Positions 36,526 through 45,722 of a DNA stretch of 64,000 nucleotides are shown here, in pieces. The notes beneath the pieces are model-generated. The model had not been told where the DNA came from and searched no databases. It saw only the letters and a program-made list of their open reading frames with translations. The stretch lies in the IMG/VR virus record IMGVR_UViG_3300033146_001917, positions 32,001-96,000 of that record. The stretch is one strand, 5' to 3'. Source of the DNA: a virus. The position numbers were made by a program, and so were the translations under genes. Numbering within the stretch: the first letter of the stretch is position 1; every line of letters starts with the position of its first letter.

Positions 36526-37639
36526 TTAAATTACTCTGAATTTTTTCGAGACGTTTCTTCATTTTATTTCCAATAATATCAAAGCTCAAATTATTTTTTA
36601 TCCATTTGCTAGAAGCTACACCACATTCTTTTGCTTCTTGTTGGTTAGTAAATACATATCGCATTAACTTACGAGCATGCATTATATCTGGATCAGCCCA
36701 TGTCATATCACCTGTATAGGTAGGCCATGGCATACCAGATACAGGAGTTAACATATAATCAACAGTAAAAGCTCCCGCCGCAGAAAGAAAATCAGAAGCT
36801 CCACCATAATTTGTAGCAATAACAGGATTCTCAAATTGCATTGCTTCGATAAGGGGAATCCCAAAACCCTCGCAACGATTCAATGAGACCAAGCAGTCAC
36901 CTTGATTATGCAATGCATCTATTTCTGATGCAGTTAACAGAGATGAGATTAAGAGAATTTTAGGAGGATCAGATAAAAATAACGAATTACGAATTGATTC
37001 TATTTGTTTTTTTATAAAATTAGCATCTTGTGAGCTACCTGGAGTAACACGAAATGTTTTTAATAAAAGTACTACATTATCTTTAGACGTAAATTCAGTT
37101 AGATATGCTTTTATTAATCCTACTGGATTTTTTCGTTCTAGCCATTGAAATATAGAATAGAAAATAAAATTATTAGATGTAATATTATCAATAATTTTTG
37201 CATCTAATTGCGTAGTATGTTCTTCTTTAAATGGATGTGGAAAACAAAAAATACCAGTTGAGACTCCAGACGCTTTAAAAGTTTTTTTATTATATGTAGA
37301 TGGAACCCATATTTCGTCTAGTTGATTTAAGTTATTGACCCAATCTGACGGTAATTTATCTGTTTCCCATGTTGTGTAACCTATATTATATTTATTGGAA
37401 TTAATTAATTTAGGCATATTAGCTGGAGTTGTATGAATTATTTGTATCTTTGTATCATCAGTTCCAACTAGTTTTTTGCATAGTCGTCCTGTTTCTCCTA
37501 GATCTGTTTTGCTTCTTTCAAAACTAATTGGTTTGACAACTACATCAACTCCAATAGTATCAAGCGCTGCAATATGATTACGTGCTGCCATAGCGTATCC
37601 AGAAGAATCAAAGCAAGAACTAACATAGGATACTTTCAT
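36518..37639 (-). CDS. Glycosyltransferase family 4
   Basis: SGYA, TTWET, WVPS, ERKN, EGFGIPLIEAM, VIATNYGG. Confidence 0.9.
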   Translation of the reverse strand: MKVSYVSSCFDSSGYAMAARNHIAALDTIGVDVVVKPISFERSKTDLGETGRLCKKLVGTDDTKIQIIHTTPANMPKLINSNKYNIGYTTWETDKLPSDWVNNLNQLDEIWVPSTYNKKTFKASGVSTGIFCFPHPFKEEHTTQLDAKIIDNITSNNFIFYSIFQWLERKNPVGLIKAYLTEFTSKDNVVLLLKTFRVTPGSSQDANFIKKQIESIRNSLFLSDPPKILLISSLLTASEIDALHNQGDCLVSLNRCEGFGIPLIEAMQFENPVIATNYGGASDFLSAAGAFTVDYMLTPVSGMPWPTYTGDMTWADPDIMHARKLMRYVFTNQQEAKECGVASSKWIKNNLSFDIIGNKMKKRLEKIQSNLNE

Positions 37640-38883
37640 TACACTTCCTCAACTATATCAGTTTGTTGATCTGCTAATTCACGAGCTTCTTCAAATAGGT
37701 CAACCCATTTATTAGCAACATCGTGCCATTGAATTGTTTCTGTCCATTTACGTGCAGCAGTAATCTTTTCAGAGTTCCATTTACTACCATCACTATAGAC
37801 TTCCATCATTTTATCTACGATATCAGGAATTAGTCCTTTGGGACGAAAACCGGAGGCATCTATCCACAGGTTATCATTACATGGATACATATACCCTCTG
37901 TCTTTTCGTGAGCCAATATGTTCTGGCATACATGTATTATTAGGTACAATAACTGGTGTACCTGCTGCCATAGCCTCTACAATAGTTAGGCCAAATCCCT
38001 CTCCAAGATGAGTAGTAAGGTACATATCTGCCATATTGTAGAGCTGGTTCATTACTAATTCTGGTACAGGACGAGCTGAAGAATATTTCATAGGGAAAAT
38101 AATATCCTTATGCGGGTCCATGCCAAGATCAGTAATAGCTTTTATTAAGTTTCCACCCTGATCTTGAACTGCTGTGTGTAAATACATAATTGAGTTAGGA
38201 ACTTGTTTTTTGAATTCTCGGAAGGCTAGCATAGAATATGGAATTTGTTTACGAGTATTATTGCGATTAATGTTTATAACTACGGTTGTGTCTGGAGCTA
38301 CTCGTAATACACTCTTTTTTATTAATCCCTGAGTCTGTGGATCTAATGGATGATACACTTCAGTATCTATTCCATGAGATACCTGTCTAAGTTTATGTTC
38401 TATAGAGGGAAGAGTCTTGAGAGTTTCTGCTCTACCATGATCAGTATAGCAAACAGCCATATCCGCCGATTTAAGAAAATCACATGAATCAGCTTGGACA
38501 TGACAATCTACTGGATAGTAATACAATAAGACTGGAATTTTTTTCCCATGTTCTTTCATCTGGGATTTAAGATTTTCATATTCAGCAGCTACTTGCTGTG
38601 TAACAAACAGATCATTACAAACCCAAATGAAATCATAGTCACCTTCAGCAATAGTCTTTAAAAACATTTTCATACCATGGGGATCTCGTGGATCTAACAA
38701 TCTTGCAGGTTGCTGTTGCCATGGGACTTTAGTCTTGTCGGCAAAATTACCATGAAAATTAATAGCAAGATGATGGATATCATGTTGTCCAGAATTGTGC
38801 AGAGCCGTAAGGACATGCTTGCTAACTATACCAAAACCAGTACCTGCTACAGCACTATCAGACCAACAAAGTGTCTTATACAT
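37639..38883 (-). CDS. Glycosyltransferase family 4
   Basis: TGFG, YYPVD, HGID, NRNNTRK, GEGFGLTIVEAMAAGTP. Confidence 0.9.
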   Translation of the reverse strand: MYKTLCWSDSAVAGTGFGIVSKHVLTALHNSGQHDIHHLAINFHGNFADKTKVPWQQQPARLLDPRDPHGMKMFLKTIAEGDYDFIWVCNDLFVTQQVAAEYENLKSQMKEHGKKIPVLLYYYPVDCHVQADSCDFLKSADMAVCYTDHGRAETLKTLPSIEHKLRQVSHGIDTEVYHPLDPQTQGLIKKSVLRVAPDTTVVININRNNTRKQIPYSMLAFREFKKQVPNSIMYLHTAVQDQGGNLIKAITDLGMDPHKDIIFPMKYSSARPVPELVMNQLYNMADMYLTTHLGEGFGLTIVEAMAAGTPVIVPNNTCMPEHIGSRKDRGYMYPCNDNLWIDASGFRPKGLIPDIVDKMMEVYSDGSKWNSEKITAARKWTETIQWHDVANKWVDLFEEARELADQQTDIVEEV

Positions 38884-38892
38884 AAAGACTCC

Positions 38893-39951
38893 TTAAATAA
38901 TTTCTGTTTGTATACGTAAATGATCAGGAATATGTATAGGAAGAGAGGAAATATCATGTTCATAAGAAATATGTGACATACATGCTTCATATATCATATC
39001 TGATGTAATAGAGTTCCAACACGTGTAGTCTATTGGGCAATCATGTTTAGACCAACATGGACAAGGACCATTTCTATCTCCAGCCCATATTGCTATAGCT
39101 TGAGGATAATGATTTATTCTTGCTGCTGGGTCAGTTGGACCAAATATAGCTACAGTAGGAACAGAAAGAGCCGCCGCCAAATGAAGAAGTGAAGAATCCG
39201 GACATAGTACTAAATTACATAGAGGCATTAAAGCTCCTATTTCTCTAATGTCAGGATCAGCAATTATAATGCTTCCAGGAACTTCACTCCAATCAACTCC
39301 AGGTTTCCAGATTAAACCATGAGTAATAATTAGACTTCCTATATGATGTTCTTTCCATAATTTAGTTAATGCCTGTTTTAAAACATTTCCATCTAATGAT
39401 CGTTTAGGATTACTAGCAAAAGGCTGAACCATTATAATTGGATAAGTTATTGTAGAAAGAAAACTATTAGCTAAATTTAGCTCATCCTGTGCAACAAAAT
39501 ATTGAGGTCTAAAATCTACCAAATCTAATCGTATATGCTCGGCGAACAAATCAATTCTACTTTTTGAAGGTGGATCTTTGTTTTCATGAGCAGCACAATT
39601 ACAATCTAAATTAACTACTGCATTATAATTACTGGCATTAAATTTACTATAATCTATTATTCTATCTATATCTAAATTGTACTTTAGAACTTTAGGTAAT
39701 GCTCCATCTAAATATTTCAGATTAGTAACATATGTTATGTCACATTTAAAAGTATTTTTTATTCCATGCAATATTGGAGTGGTTGTTAGTACATCTCCAA
39801 TACCTGGGCCACGTTGAATAGCAATCTTGGGATTAGCTAATTTCTTAGCTGCATGTATAGATAGATTAGACGATTTACGAAGTTGTTTTTGGAATACACG
39901 ATCATGTATACTGACTACAACTCCATCATTAGTAAGTTTTACTCGTGGCAT
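38893..39951 (-). CDS. Glycosyltransferase family 9 (heptosyltransferase-like)
   Basis: GIGDVL, DSSLLHLAAAL, VAIFGPT, C-terminal Cys cluster; start at TAATG overlap with the actin gene. Confidence 0.85.
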   Translation of the reverse strand: MPRVKLTNDGVVVSIHDRVFQKQLRKSSNLSIHAAKKLANPKIAIQRGPGIGDVLTTTPILHGIKNTFKCDITYVTNLKYLDGALPKVLKYNLDIDRIIDYSKFNASNYNAVVNLDCNCAAHENKDPPSKSRIDLFAEHIRLDLVDFRPQYFVAQDELNLANSFLSTITYPIIMVQPFASNPKRSLDGNVLKQALTKLWKEHHIGSLIITHGLIWKPGVDWSEVPGSIIIADPDIREIGALMPLCNLVLCPDSSLLHLAAALSVPTVAIFGPTDPAARINHYPQAIAIWAGDRNGPCPCWSKHDCPIDYTCWNSITSDMIYEACMSHISYEHDISSLPIHIPDHLRIQTEII

Positions 39952-40949
39952 TAGAGACTTGCTGCCAACATACATCCCCGAGCTACGGCTCTGAGTGGAT
40001 CTGCAGCATGTCTTATCTCACTAATAGCTATAGGAAAGTCACCACGACCAAGACGTTGCGAGAAAGCCTCTATAAAACCTTGAGCACGTGATGTACCTCC
40101 AGCAATAATAATTGGAATTGAATCATTAAATTTAGGTAAATCACTTGCATCTTTTAAACGAGCTGACAAATGGCTAACTGTATAATCAATTAATCTGAGA
40201 TAATAGGATGACACTGCATCTAAAATTGGATTACCAGATTCTTTACCGATAATAAATACGCCATTTTCTTTCTCTACTTGTACAACTGTATCTTTTTGTG
40301 CAGTAGATTGAGCTGCCATACGATCTATCCAGTCTCCTGATTTAGTTAAACTTACACGAAGTACAGGTTCACCAGATGACATAACACAAACGTTTACCAT
40401 ACCAGCTCCGAGACTAATAGCAATTCCGGTATAATCATCATTTTCTAGCTCAGAGTAACATATAGCCTCAGCTTCATTAAGAGGTTGTGGATTCCATCCT
40501 AGCTCACTAAGATCACGACGTAACACATCTTCATGGAATCCTGTATTAAACTCTTCTGAATCCTGGTCAACAGGTTCGGCAGGAACAGAATAAATAAGAG
40601 TTTCACCTGGGGTTTCCGGTTTACCTACTAATTGAGAGAAAATAAATTTTAGGACGCGACGAGCTTCAGGTTCATTTGGGTTAATAACTCCACGACTAAG
40701 AGGACGAAGGGCAGTAGCGTTTCGTTCAATAGCTTTTTCAATAGCATCTTGTCCAACTACAACATATGATCCATCGTTATCACGAAAATAAGATAAACCC
40801 TTGAGTCCTTTCTCCATCATTTTACCCGCTATAGGGGTGGCGGGTTTCATACGATAAAATGCGTCTCGAAATTCAGTGTATTTGACTCCGTCTTCATGCT
40901 CTTTAGCTGTAATTAGGAACGAAGTCCCTACATCTAATCCAATACCCAT
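39951..40949 (-). CDS. Actin-fold ATPase (volactin/MreB-like)
   Basis: Phosphate-1 GLDVGT, RPLSRGVI, SVPA, connect-1 LNEAEA, phosphate-2 SLGAG, GDWID, adenosine AGGTS, connect-2 AVARG. Confidence 0.88.
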   Translation of the reverse strand: MGIGLDVGTSFLITAKEHEDGVKYTEFRDAFYRMKPATPIAGKMMEKGLKGLSYFRDNDGSYVVVGQDAIEKAIERNATALRPLSRGVINPNEPEARRVLKFIFSQLVGKPETPGETLIYSVPAEPVDQDSEEFNTGFHEDVLRRDLSELGWNPQPLNEAEAICYSELENDDYTGIAISLGAGMVNVCVMSSGEPVLRVSLTKSGDWIDRMAAQSTAQKDTVVQVEKENGVFIIGKESGNPILDAVSSYYLRLIDYTVSHLSARLKDASDLPKFNDSIPIIIAGGTSRAQGFIEAFSQRLGRGDFPIAISEIRHAADPLRAVARGCMLAASL

Positions 40950-40958
40950 TGAGTACTC

Positions 40959-41300
40959 CTACTTTTTTTTAAGAATGCCTGCTAATTTAGCACGTGATGA
41001 TTTAATATTTTTATCTTCTTTAATTTCTTCTTTACCTATATCCTCTATATTCACATCTTCTATATCAAGAGATAATTTAGTAGGGATAATAGATTCATCC
41101 ATTTGTATGTTAGAAGAAGATTGTATATTAGATTGTGAAGAAAGAGAAGATACCCGCCCAGAACAATTATTTATTTTATCTAGAAATTCGCTCGCTATTT
41201 TGCTAGCTACTGCTTCAGCAATAGTTTTAGCCATCTTTTCAATATCAAATCCTTGACTACTTAGAATGGTAACATCTGATTTTTTAGTTCTTGTTACCAT
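40959..41300 (-). CDS. Small protein upstream of the actin-like gene
   Basis: ATG 41300 with GGAG SD; Ser-rich linker, acidic patch and basic tail SRAKLAGILKKK. Confidence 0.7.
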   Translation of the reverse strand: MVTRTKKSDVTILSSQGFDIEKMAKTIAEAVASKIASEFLDKINNCSGRVSSLSSQSNIQSSSNIQMDESIIPTKLSLDIEDVNIEDIGKEEIKEDKNIKSSRAKLAGILKKK

Positions 41301-41326
41301 GTAAATAGTTACTCCAAATATATTAA

Positions 41327-41352
41327 ATGATAGCACAATATATATTACAAGA
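41327..41352 (-). promoter_or_regulatory. Putative promoter TCTTGT-N14-TATCAT
   Basis: Same TCTTGT-N11-TGCTA..AT layout as upstream of phoH. Confidence 0.4.
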
Positions 41353-41363
41353 TATGGAACAAA

Positions 41364-41753
41364 TTACAATGTTAAAAATATTTCATAATTTCCTGACGAG
41401 GAAACAATTTCAATACTCTCTACAGGAAATTCACCATTATTATCAAATGTTTCTCCAGCTGAAAGGGCAATTTCAGTAGTCTGCGTATTGTGATATCGTG
41501 TTCCGGTAGTTAGATTTGGTTCTCCAGCTGAATACATTAGATCATTTCCAATTCGCGGCTTAAACAGTGTACGATACACATTGAACTTAACAGTTAGACT
41601 AGTAGTGGCAGAAATAGATATATTACTAGCAGGTCCACCTAGTGATTCTGTGACTAAGATAACATCACCTGAACTAGCATCTGATTGATCAAAAGTCACT
41701 TGACGCATAGAAGGTGCGACACCTCGATCTATTTGTTTGATAATATCAGTCAT
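41364..41753 (-). CDS. Small beta-rich protein, probably structural
   Basis: 129 aa, Ser/Thr-rich, coupled to the fibre gene. Confidence 0.6.
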   Translation of the reverse strand: MTDIIKQIDRGVAPSMRQVTFDQSDASSGDVILVTESLGGPASNISISATTSLTVKFNVYRTLFKPRIGNDLMYSAGEPNLTTGTRYHNTQTTEIALSAGETFDNNGEFPVESIEIVSSSGNYEIFLTL

Positions 41754-43510
41754 TATTTATCCTCCAGCTTGGTTTCAAGCACTTTAATTCTATCATTTAA
41801 TTTTTGAATTTCATTTACAAGTACAGGAATAAAATGAGAATAGTTTATTCCTCGCATTTCGTATGTAGGATTAATTTTTGTATACTTAGTAGTACCATCA
41901 CTTTGTAACTTTTCTGTCACATACTCTTCACTTGTTGGGACATAATCTTTATCCACTTCTTTTCGAAGCACCTTGTAAGCTATAAATTCTGGTCGTATTG
42001 GAAACAGTTCTTCAGCAATAATACCCCAAGACTTTTTCTTAATTGGCGAATCCTTGTATTCAAAATTTACAGGACGCACAGTGTATAACCAACTAGTATC
42101 TTCCATATCAACTATATTTTGTTTTGTAATACGAATAGAAGATGGAATACCAATATCACCAGTTGATGGATCTATATTTAAATCGCCTGAATAAGCAGCA
42201 CCAGATGGTGCCTCGCCATAACATATAGTTCCACCAACTGTTAGATCTCCATCACAGTCGATACTATCGCCAAATGTAGCTGATTCAGAACAGTAGATAC
42301 CACCGTCAAATGTTGCTAATCCATCACAGTCGATACTATCCCAAAATATTGTTGATTCTGCCACTTCAAAACTAGCTTGTACAGCAACAACATTTTGGGA
42401 TGGCGCTATAGCTAATATATCATCACCATAATAAAACGTATCTGTATCATATTTTGCTATTGTATGTTCACCAGTACTATCATCCAAATCTATCCAGACA
42501 CCTCCTGACCCAGATGCGTTCCTACTCCCTAATGTGATTATATTATCTATTTGTAATCCGTTACTACTGATAGACATGCGTTCTGTTAATGTTCCACCCC
42601 AAGGAGTCTGAAAAACAATTTTCCCAGCTTCATTGTTGTTAGTAGTATCTGTAGCTATAGCACTAATACGTCCAAATTCACATTTAGTATTATCACTGTT
42701 ATTTAAATACAACCCTACGTCTATTGTATCATCATTACCATTACTCCCTGTTCTATATAAATCCAAGATAGTATATGCTCCAGCATCCGTATTAGTAGAT
42801 GATATAGATGCTTTATCTTCATTGACTGTAAATATAGAATTTGTATTATGTTTGATAGCTAGTGACGCTGAATCTATTGCGACAGTATATTCATCGATAT
42901 GTAGAGATGTTGGACCAAGATATAAATCTTTCCATCGTTTGCTTGGTGATCCTAGGTCATAAGTATCATCTGTATGTGGGATAATGTTAGAGTCAACATC
43001 TTCAAAATCTACCGTTTCAGAATTTGCTGCAACAACATTTACTTTAGTCATAACTTCAGCTAAAGCAGTTTCTACATTAGTTGAAGTATACAGTGTGGCA
43101 TTATCGTCAATAGGTACTTGATCTGCATCTATTGAGATATTGTTGAGATGATAATCTAAATTACTCTCTAGTGTAGCAATGTCAGAATAGACATCTCCAA
43201 ATTGTTCAAAAATTGTATGTGGTCTACTTTTGATATTATCATAATAGTCAGCATGACTAGATGATGTGGCATCATGCTTTGTGTAGATACTATTACCGTC
43301 TATCCCATCAGTGAATGCATCTATTCCAGTATCAGTAGGCAATGTGTTGGTAGCAGGAACTAAATTAATATTCCATTGCGAAATAAGAGCCTGAAGATCA
43401 TGTGATACTTCTAACGTCATATCATTAATATCGTTAGATGATGTAGGACCATTGTTCCGTTGGTTGCGTGCAACTAACTGCATTTGTATCGTACTTGGCT
43501 TATTACCCAT
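41753..43510 (-). CDS. Tail fibre with C-terminal intramolecular chaperone (peptidase S74-like)
   Basis: YDLGSPSKRWKDLYL; SSIRITKQNI...RPVNFEY...GIIAEE...INY...LVNEIQKL coiled coil. Confidence 0.85.
   Translation of the reverse strand: MGNKPSTIQMQLVARNQRNNGPTSSNDINDMTLEVSHDLQALISQWNINLVPATNTLPTDTGIDAFTDGIDGNSIYTKHDATSSSHADYYDNIKSRPHTIFEQFGDVYSDIATLESNLDYHLNNISIDADQVPIDDNATLYTSTNVETALAEVMTKVNVVAANSETVDFEDVDSNIIPHTDDTYDLGSPSKRWKDLYLGPTSLHIDEYTVAIDSASLAIKHNTNSIFTVNEDKASISSTNTDAGAYTILDLYRTGSNGNDDTIDVGLYLNNSDNTKCEFGRISAIATDTTNNNEAGKIVFQTPWGGTLTERMSISSNGLQIDNIITLGSRNASGSGGVWIDLDDSTGEHTIAKYDTDTFYYGDDILAIAPSQNVVAVQASFEVAESTIFWDSIDCDGLATFDGGIYCSESATFGDSIDCDGDLTVGGTICYGEAPSGAAYSGDLNIDPSTGDIGIPSSIRITKQNIVDMEDTSWLYTVRPVNFEYKDSPIKKKSWGIIAEELFPIRPEFIAYKVLRKEVDKDYVPTSEEYVTEKLQSDGTTKYTKINPTYEMRGINYSHFIPVLVNEIQKLNDRIKVLETKLEDK
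42248..42340. repeat. 21-bp direct repeat inside the fibre gene
   Basis: tccatcacagtcgatactatc at 42248 and 42320 (DSIDCDG twice, 24 aa apart). Confidence 0.85.
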
Positions 43511-43511
43511 A

Positions 43512-45722
43512 TTAGTCTCCTAACTTAACTCGATATGATTGAAGAACTGGTGTAACTGTTTGGTCTTTTGTTGTTAAATCAGCTCTAAAGCGAAAATATT
43601 TCTTAGCTTGATTTCTTAAATGGAACTTTATCATGAAACGTTCATTCTGAGAATCAGGATTAGCAAGATCGTCCTTAACTAAAAATACTGTAGTGGGTAC
43701 ATTGCCTCCTGTATGTGTACCAGGAGCATCTATGTCAAAAGCAAAATAAGAATATTGATTTCCTGCTACATTGTGGAAGAAATCAAATTTAGATATTTTT
43801 TGTAAAAATAATTCAGAAAAAAGATCTACCCCGGAATAAATTTTTTCTTCTATATCTGAATAAGCATCTCCATAATCATACCCTTCTATAAGTAATTTGT
43901 GGTTAAATGGATACTTTGAATCTGCTTTTTTTAATTCATCTAATGATGATAATTGTGGTTCAACAGGAAACCAATTATCTTTATGTATCTTTACTTTGTG
44001 TACACCAAATGGGAAAAGTACATTATTCTTTTTCTTTTCGTCATCAACAAATAATACATTACTTCCAAAGTCAATAGTTACTCCATTAGGATTTTGGATA
44101 TCAACAATAGTCGAATACCATGGATCTAAAAAATTCCATCCTCTCTGGATCCCTCGAACTTGATGGTCAGGGTTAGTCGCATCTAATCCTTTAACACCAA
44201 TGTTGCGAAATACCTTTAATGTTTCAAAATTAATATCTACATCAGTAGCTAATTGATAATTCAATATTTTATCTTCTGGGTTAGCAAATGTGTAGCGTTG
44301 GCTACTGGCATTGGTAACAGTATCTTGAATTCCATTAATAGGATCAGTATGTAACAAATGAAATGTTTCTGCTGGGTTAACAAGTATAGTAGCAGTAGCA
44401 TCATATGACAATCCAACTATTTCAGAATCAGAAATTTGATCTTCGGTGTCTCCAAAAATAAATTCAGTAGTTTCTCCTACAGTAATCATAAAGGGATACA
44501 ATTTTTCTATACGTTCCTGTGGATCAAGAGGGATCCATACAGTGCTAGAGGTAACAGGAACATTTGGATCATTGCTCGTTGTTAAGTAATAACGAATAGA
44601 TGTGTCTGTTTCTATAATCTCACACGCATTTAATAGTAATTTTTGAAATGAAGTTACTTTATTGTCTTCATCAGTTACGAATAAAGGTATTGAATAAAAT
44701 GATTGTGCTGTGTCTATAGGATAGCTATCACGCCAGAAAGAAATACTTTCAAATCCAAATTGATAATTATAACGAGTCTCATTAAATCCTGGATCAGGCC
44801 CATCTTTAGTTAATATAAATTTGATCCACTGAGTCTCAATTTCTTTAAAAGTAAACAAAGCTTTTGAGCGAACCTGCTGTGATGGAGATTCAGTAGGGAG
44901 TTTTTTCCAATTTGTATTATCTGTAGAGTATAAAGGAGTTATATTCATATTGCCAGACTGCATAGAATCATGCAGTATCATAATGATTTTAGAAATACTT
45001 ATTGGATGATTTGGATCTAAACGTACTGTCAGTTCTGTTGTAACAGGTTTCATGGTGTTCATTTCAATAGTTGTCCACCATGTTGATGTGTCTTGACTAA
45101 ATATCGTATCTAGATTGTTATTTGTAGTATCTATACGTGTTACGAAGTCTACTGTAGTACGTACCTTAAATGATAGATCATAAGTAATATCAAGATTTTC
45201 TAACATGACACGTTGCAATGACGAATCAGTTGAATGTAATGTGATAGTACCTGTAGTTAGGTCAAAACCAATATCTGACAATGTTGAATCCACTAAAGAC
45301 ATATCGGTAAAATTATCTAAGACAAAATTGTAATACCCTGTAGAATCTTGAGTAATAAATAATAAATTTTCTACTCTATCTTCAATATCTATCAATCGTT
45401 TTTCTAATACTGACGTTTCAATGTTCCATCTTTCATATGAATTGATAGCTACTTGTGTTAATCTTTTCATTTCAGTATACAAGACTTGCAATTCTAATCG
45501 TACCAAATTGAATGTATTATTAAATTTACTAGATGATGAACTGTCTCGATGTGCTACGTGATGATCTTCAGCAACAAAACGAGGCTTACTAAGATCGTAA
45601 GTGTTATTGAGCGTTTGAATTTCAGTTTCTAGAGTAGATACAGATATTGCTACACCTTCCTGAAGCTTAGTTTGTATATATTTATCCAATAACAAATGTT
45701 TGTATGTGTTCTCTATACTCAT
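43512..45722 (-). CDS. Virion structural protein (baseplate/tail-associated)
   Basis: 736 aa; N-terminal coiled coil, jelly-roll-like beta region, C-terminal TPVLQSYRVK. Confidence 0.65.
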   Translation of the reverse strand: MSIENTYKHLLLDKYIQTKLQEGVAISVSTLETEIQTLNNTYDLSKPRFVAEDHHVAHRDSSSSSKFNNTFNLVRLELQVLYTEMKRLTQVAINSYERWNIETSVLEKRLIDIEDRVENLLFITQDSTGYYNFVLDNFTDMSLVDSTLSDIGFDLTTGTITLHSTDSSLQRVMLENLDITYDLSFKVRTTVDFVTRIDTTNNNLDTIFSQDTSTWWTTIEMNTMKPVTTELTVRLDPNHPISISKIIMILHDSMQSGNMNITPLYSTDNTNWKKLPTESPSQQVRSKALFTFKEIETQWIKFILTKDGPDPGFNETRYNYQFGFESISFWRDSYPIDTAQSFYSIPLFVTDEDNKVTSFQKLLLNACEIIETDTSIRYYLTTSNDPNVPVTSSTVWIPLDPQERIEKLYPFMITVGETTEFIFGDTEDQISDSEIVGLSYDATATILVNPAETFHLLHTDPINGIQDTVTNASSQRYTFANPEDKILNYQLATDVDINFETLKVFRNIGVKGLDATNPDHQVRGIQRGWNFLDPWYSTIVDIQNPNGVTIDFGSNVLFVDDEKKKNNVLFPFGVHKVKIHKDNWFPVEPQLSSLDELKKADSKYPFNHKLLIEGYDYGDAYSDIEEKIYSGVDLFSELFLQKISKFDFFHNVAGNQYSYFAFDIDAPGTHTGGNVPTTVFLVKDDLANPDSQNERFMIKFHLRNQAKKYFRFRADLTTKDQTVTPVLQSYRVKLGD

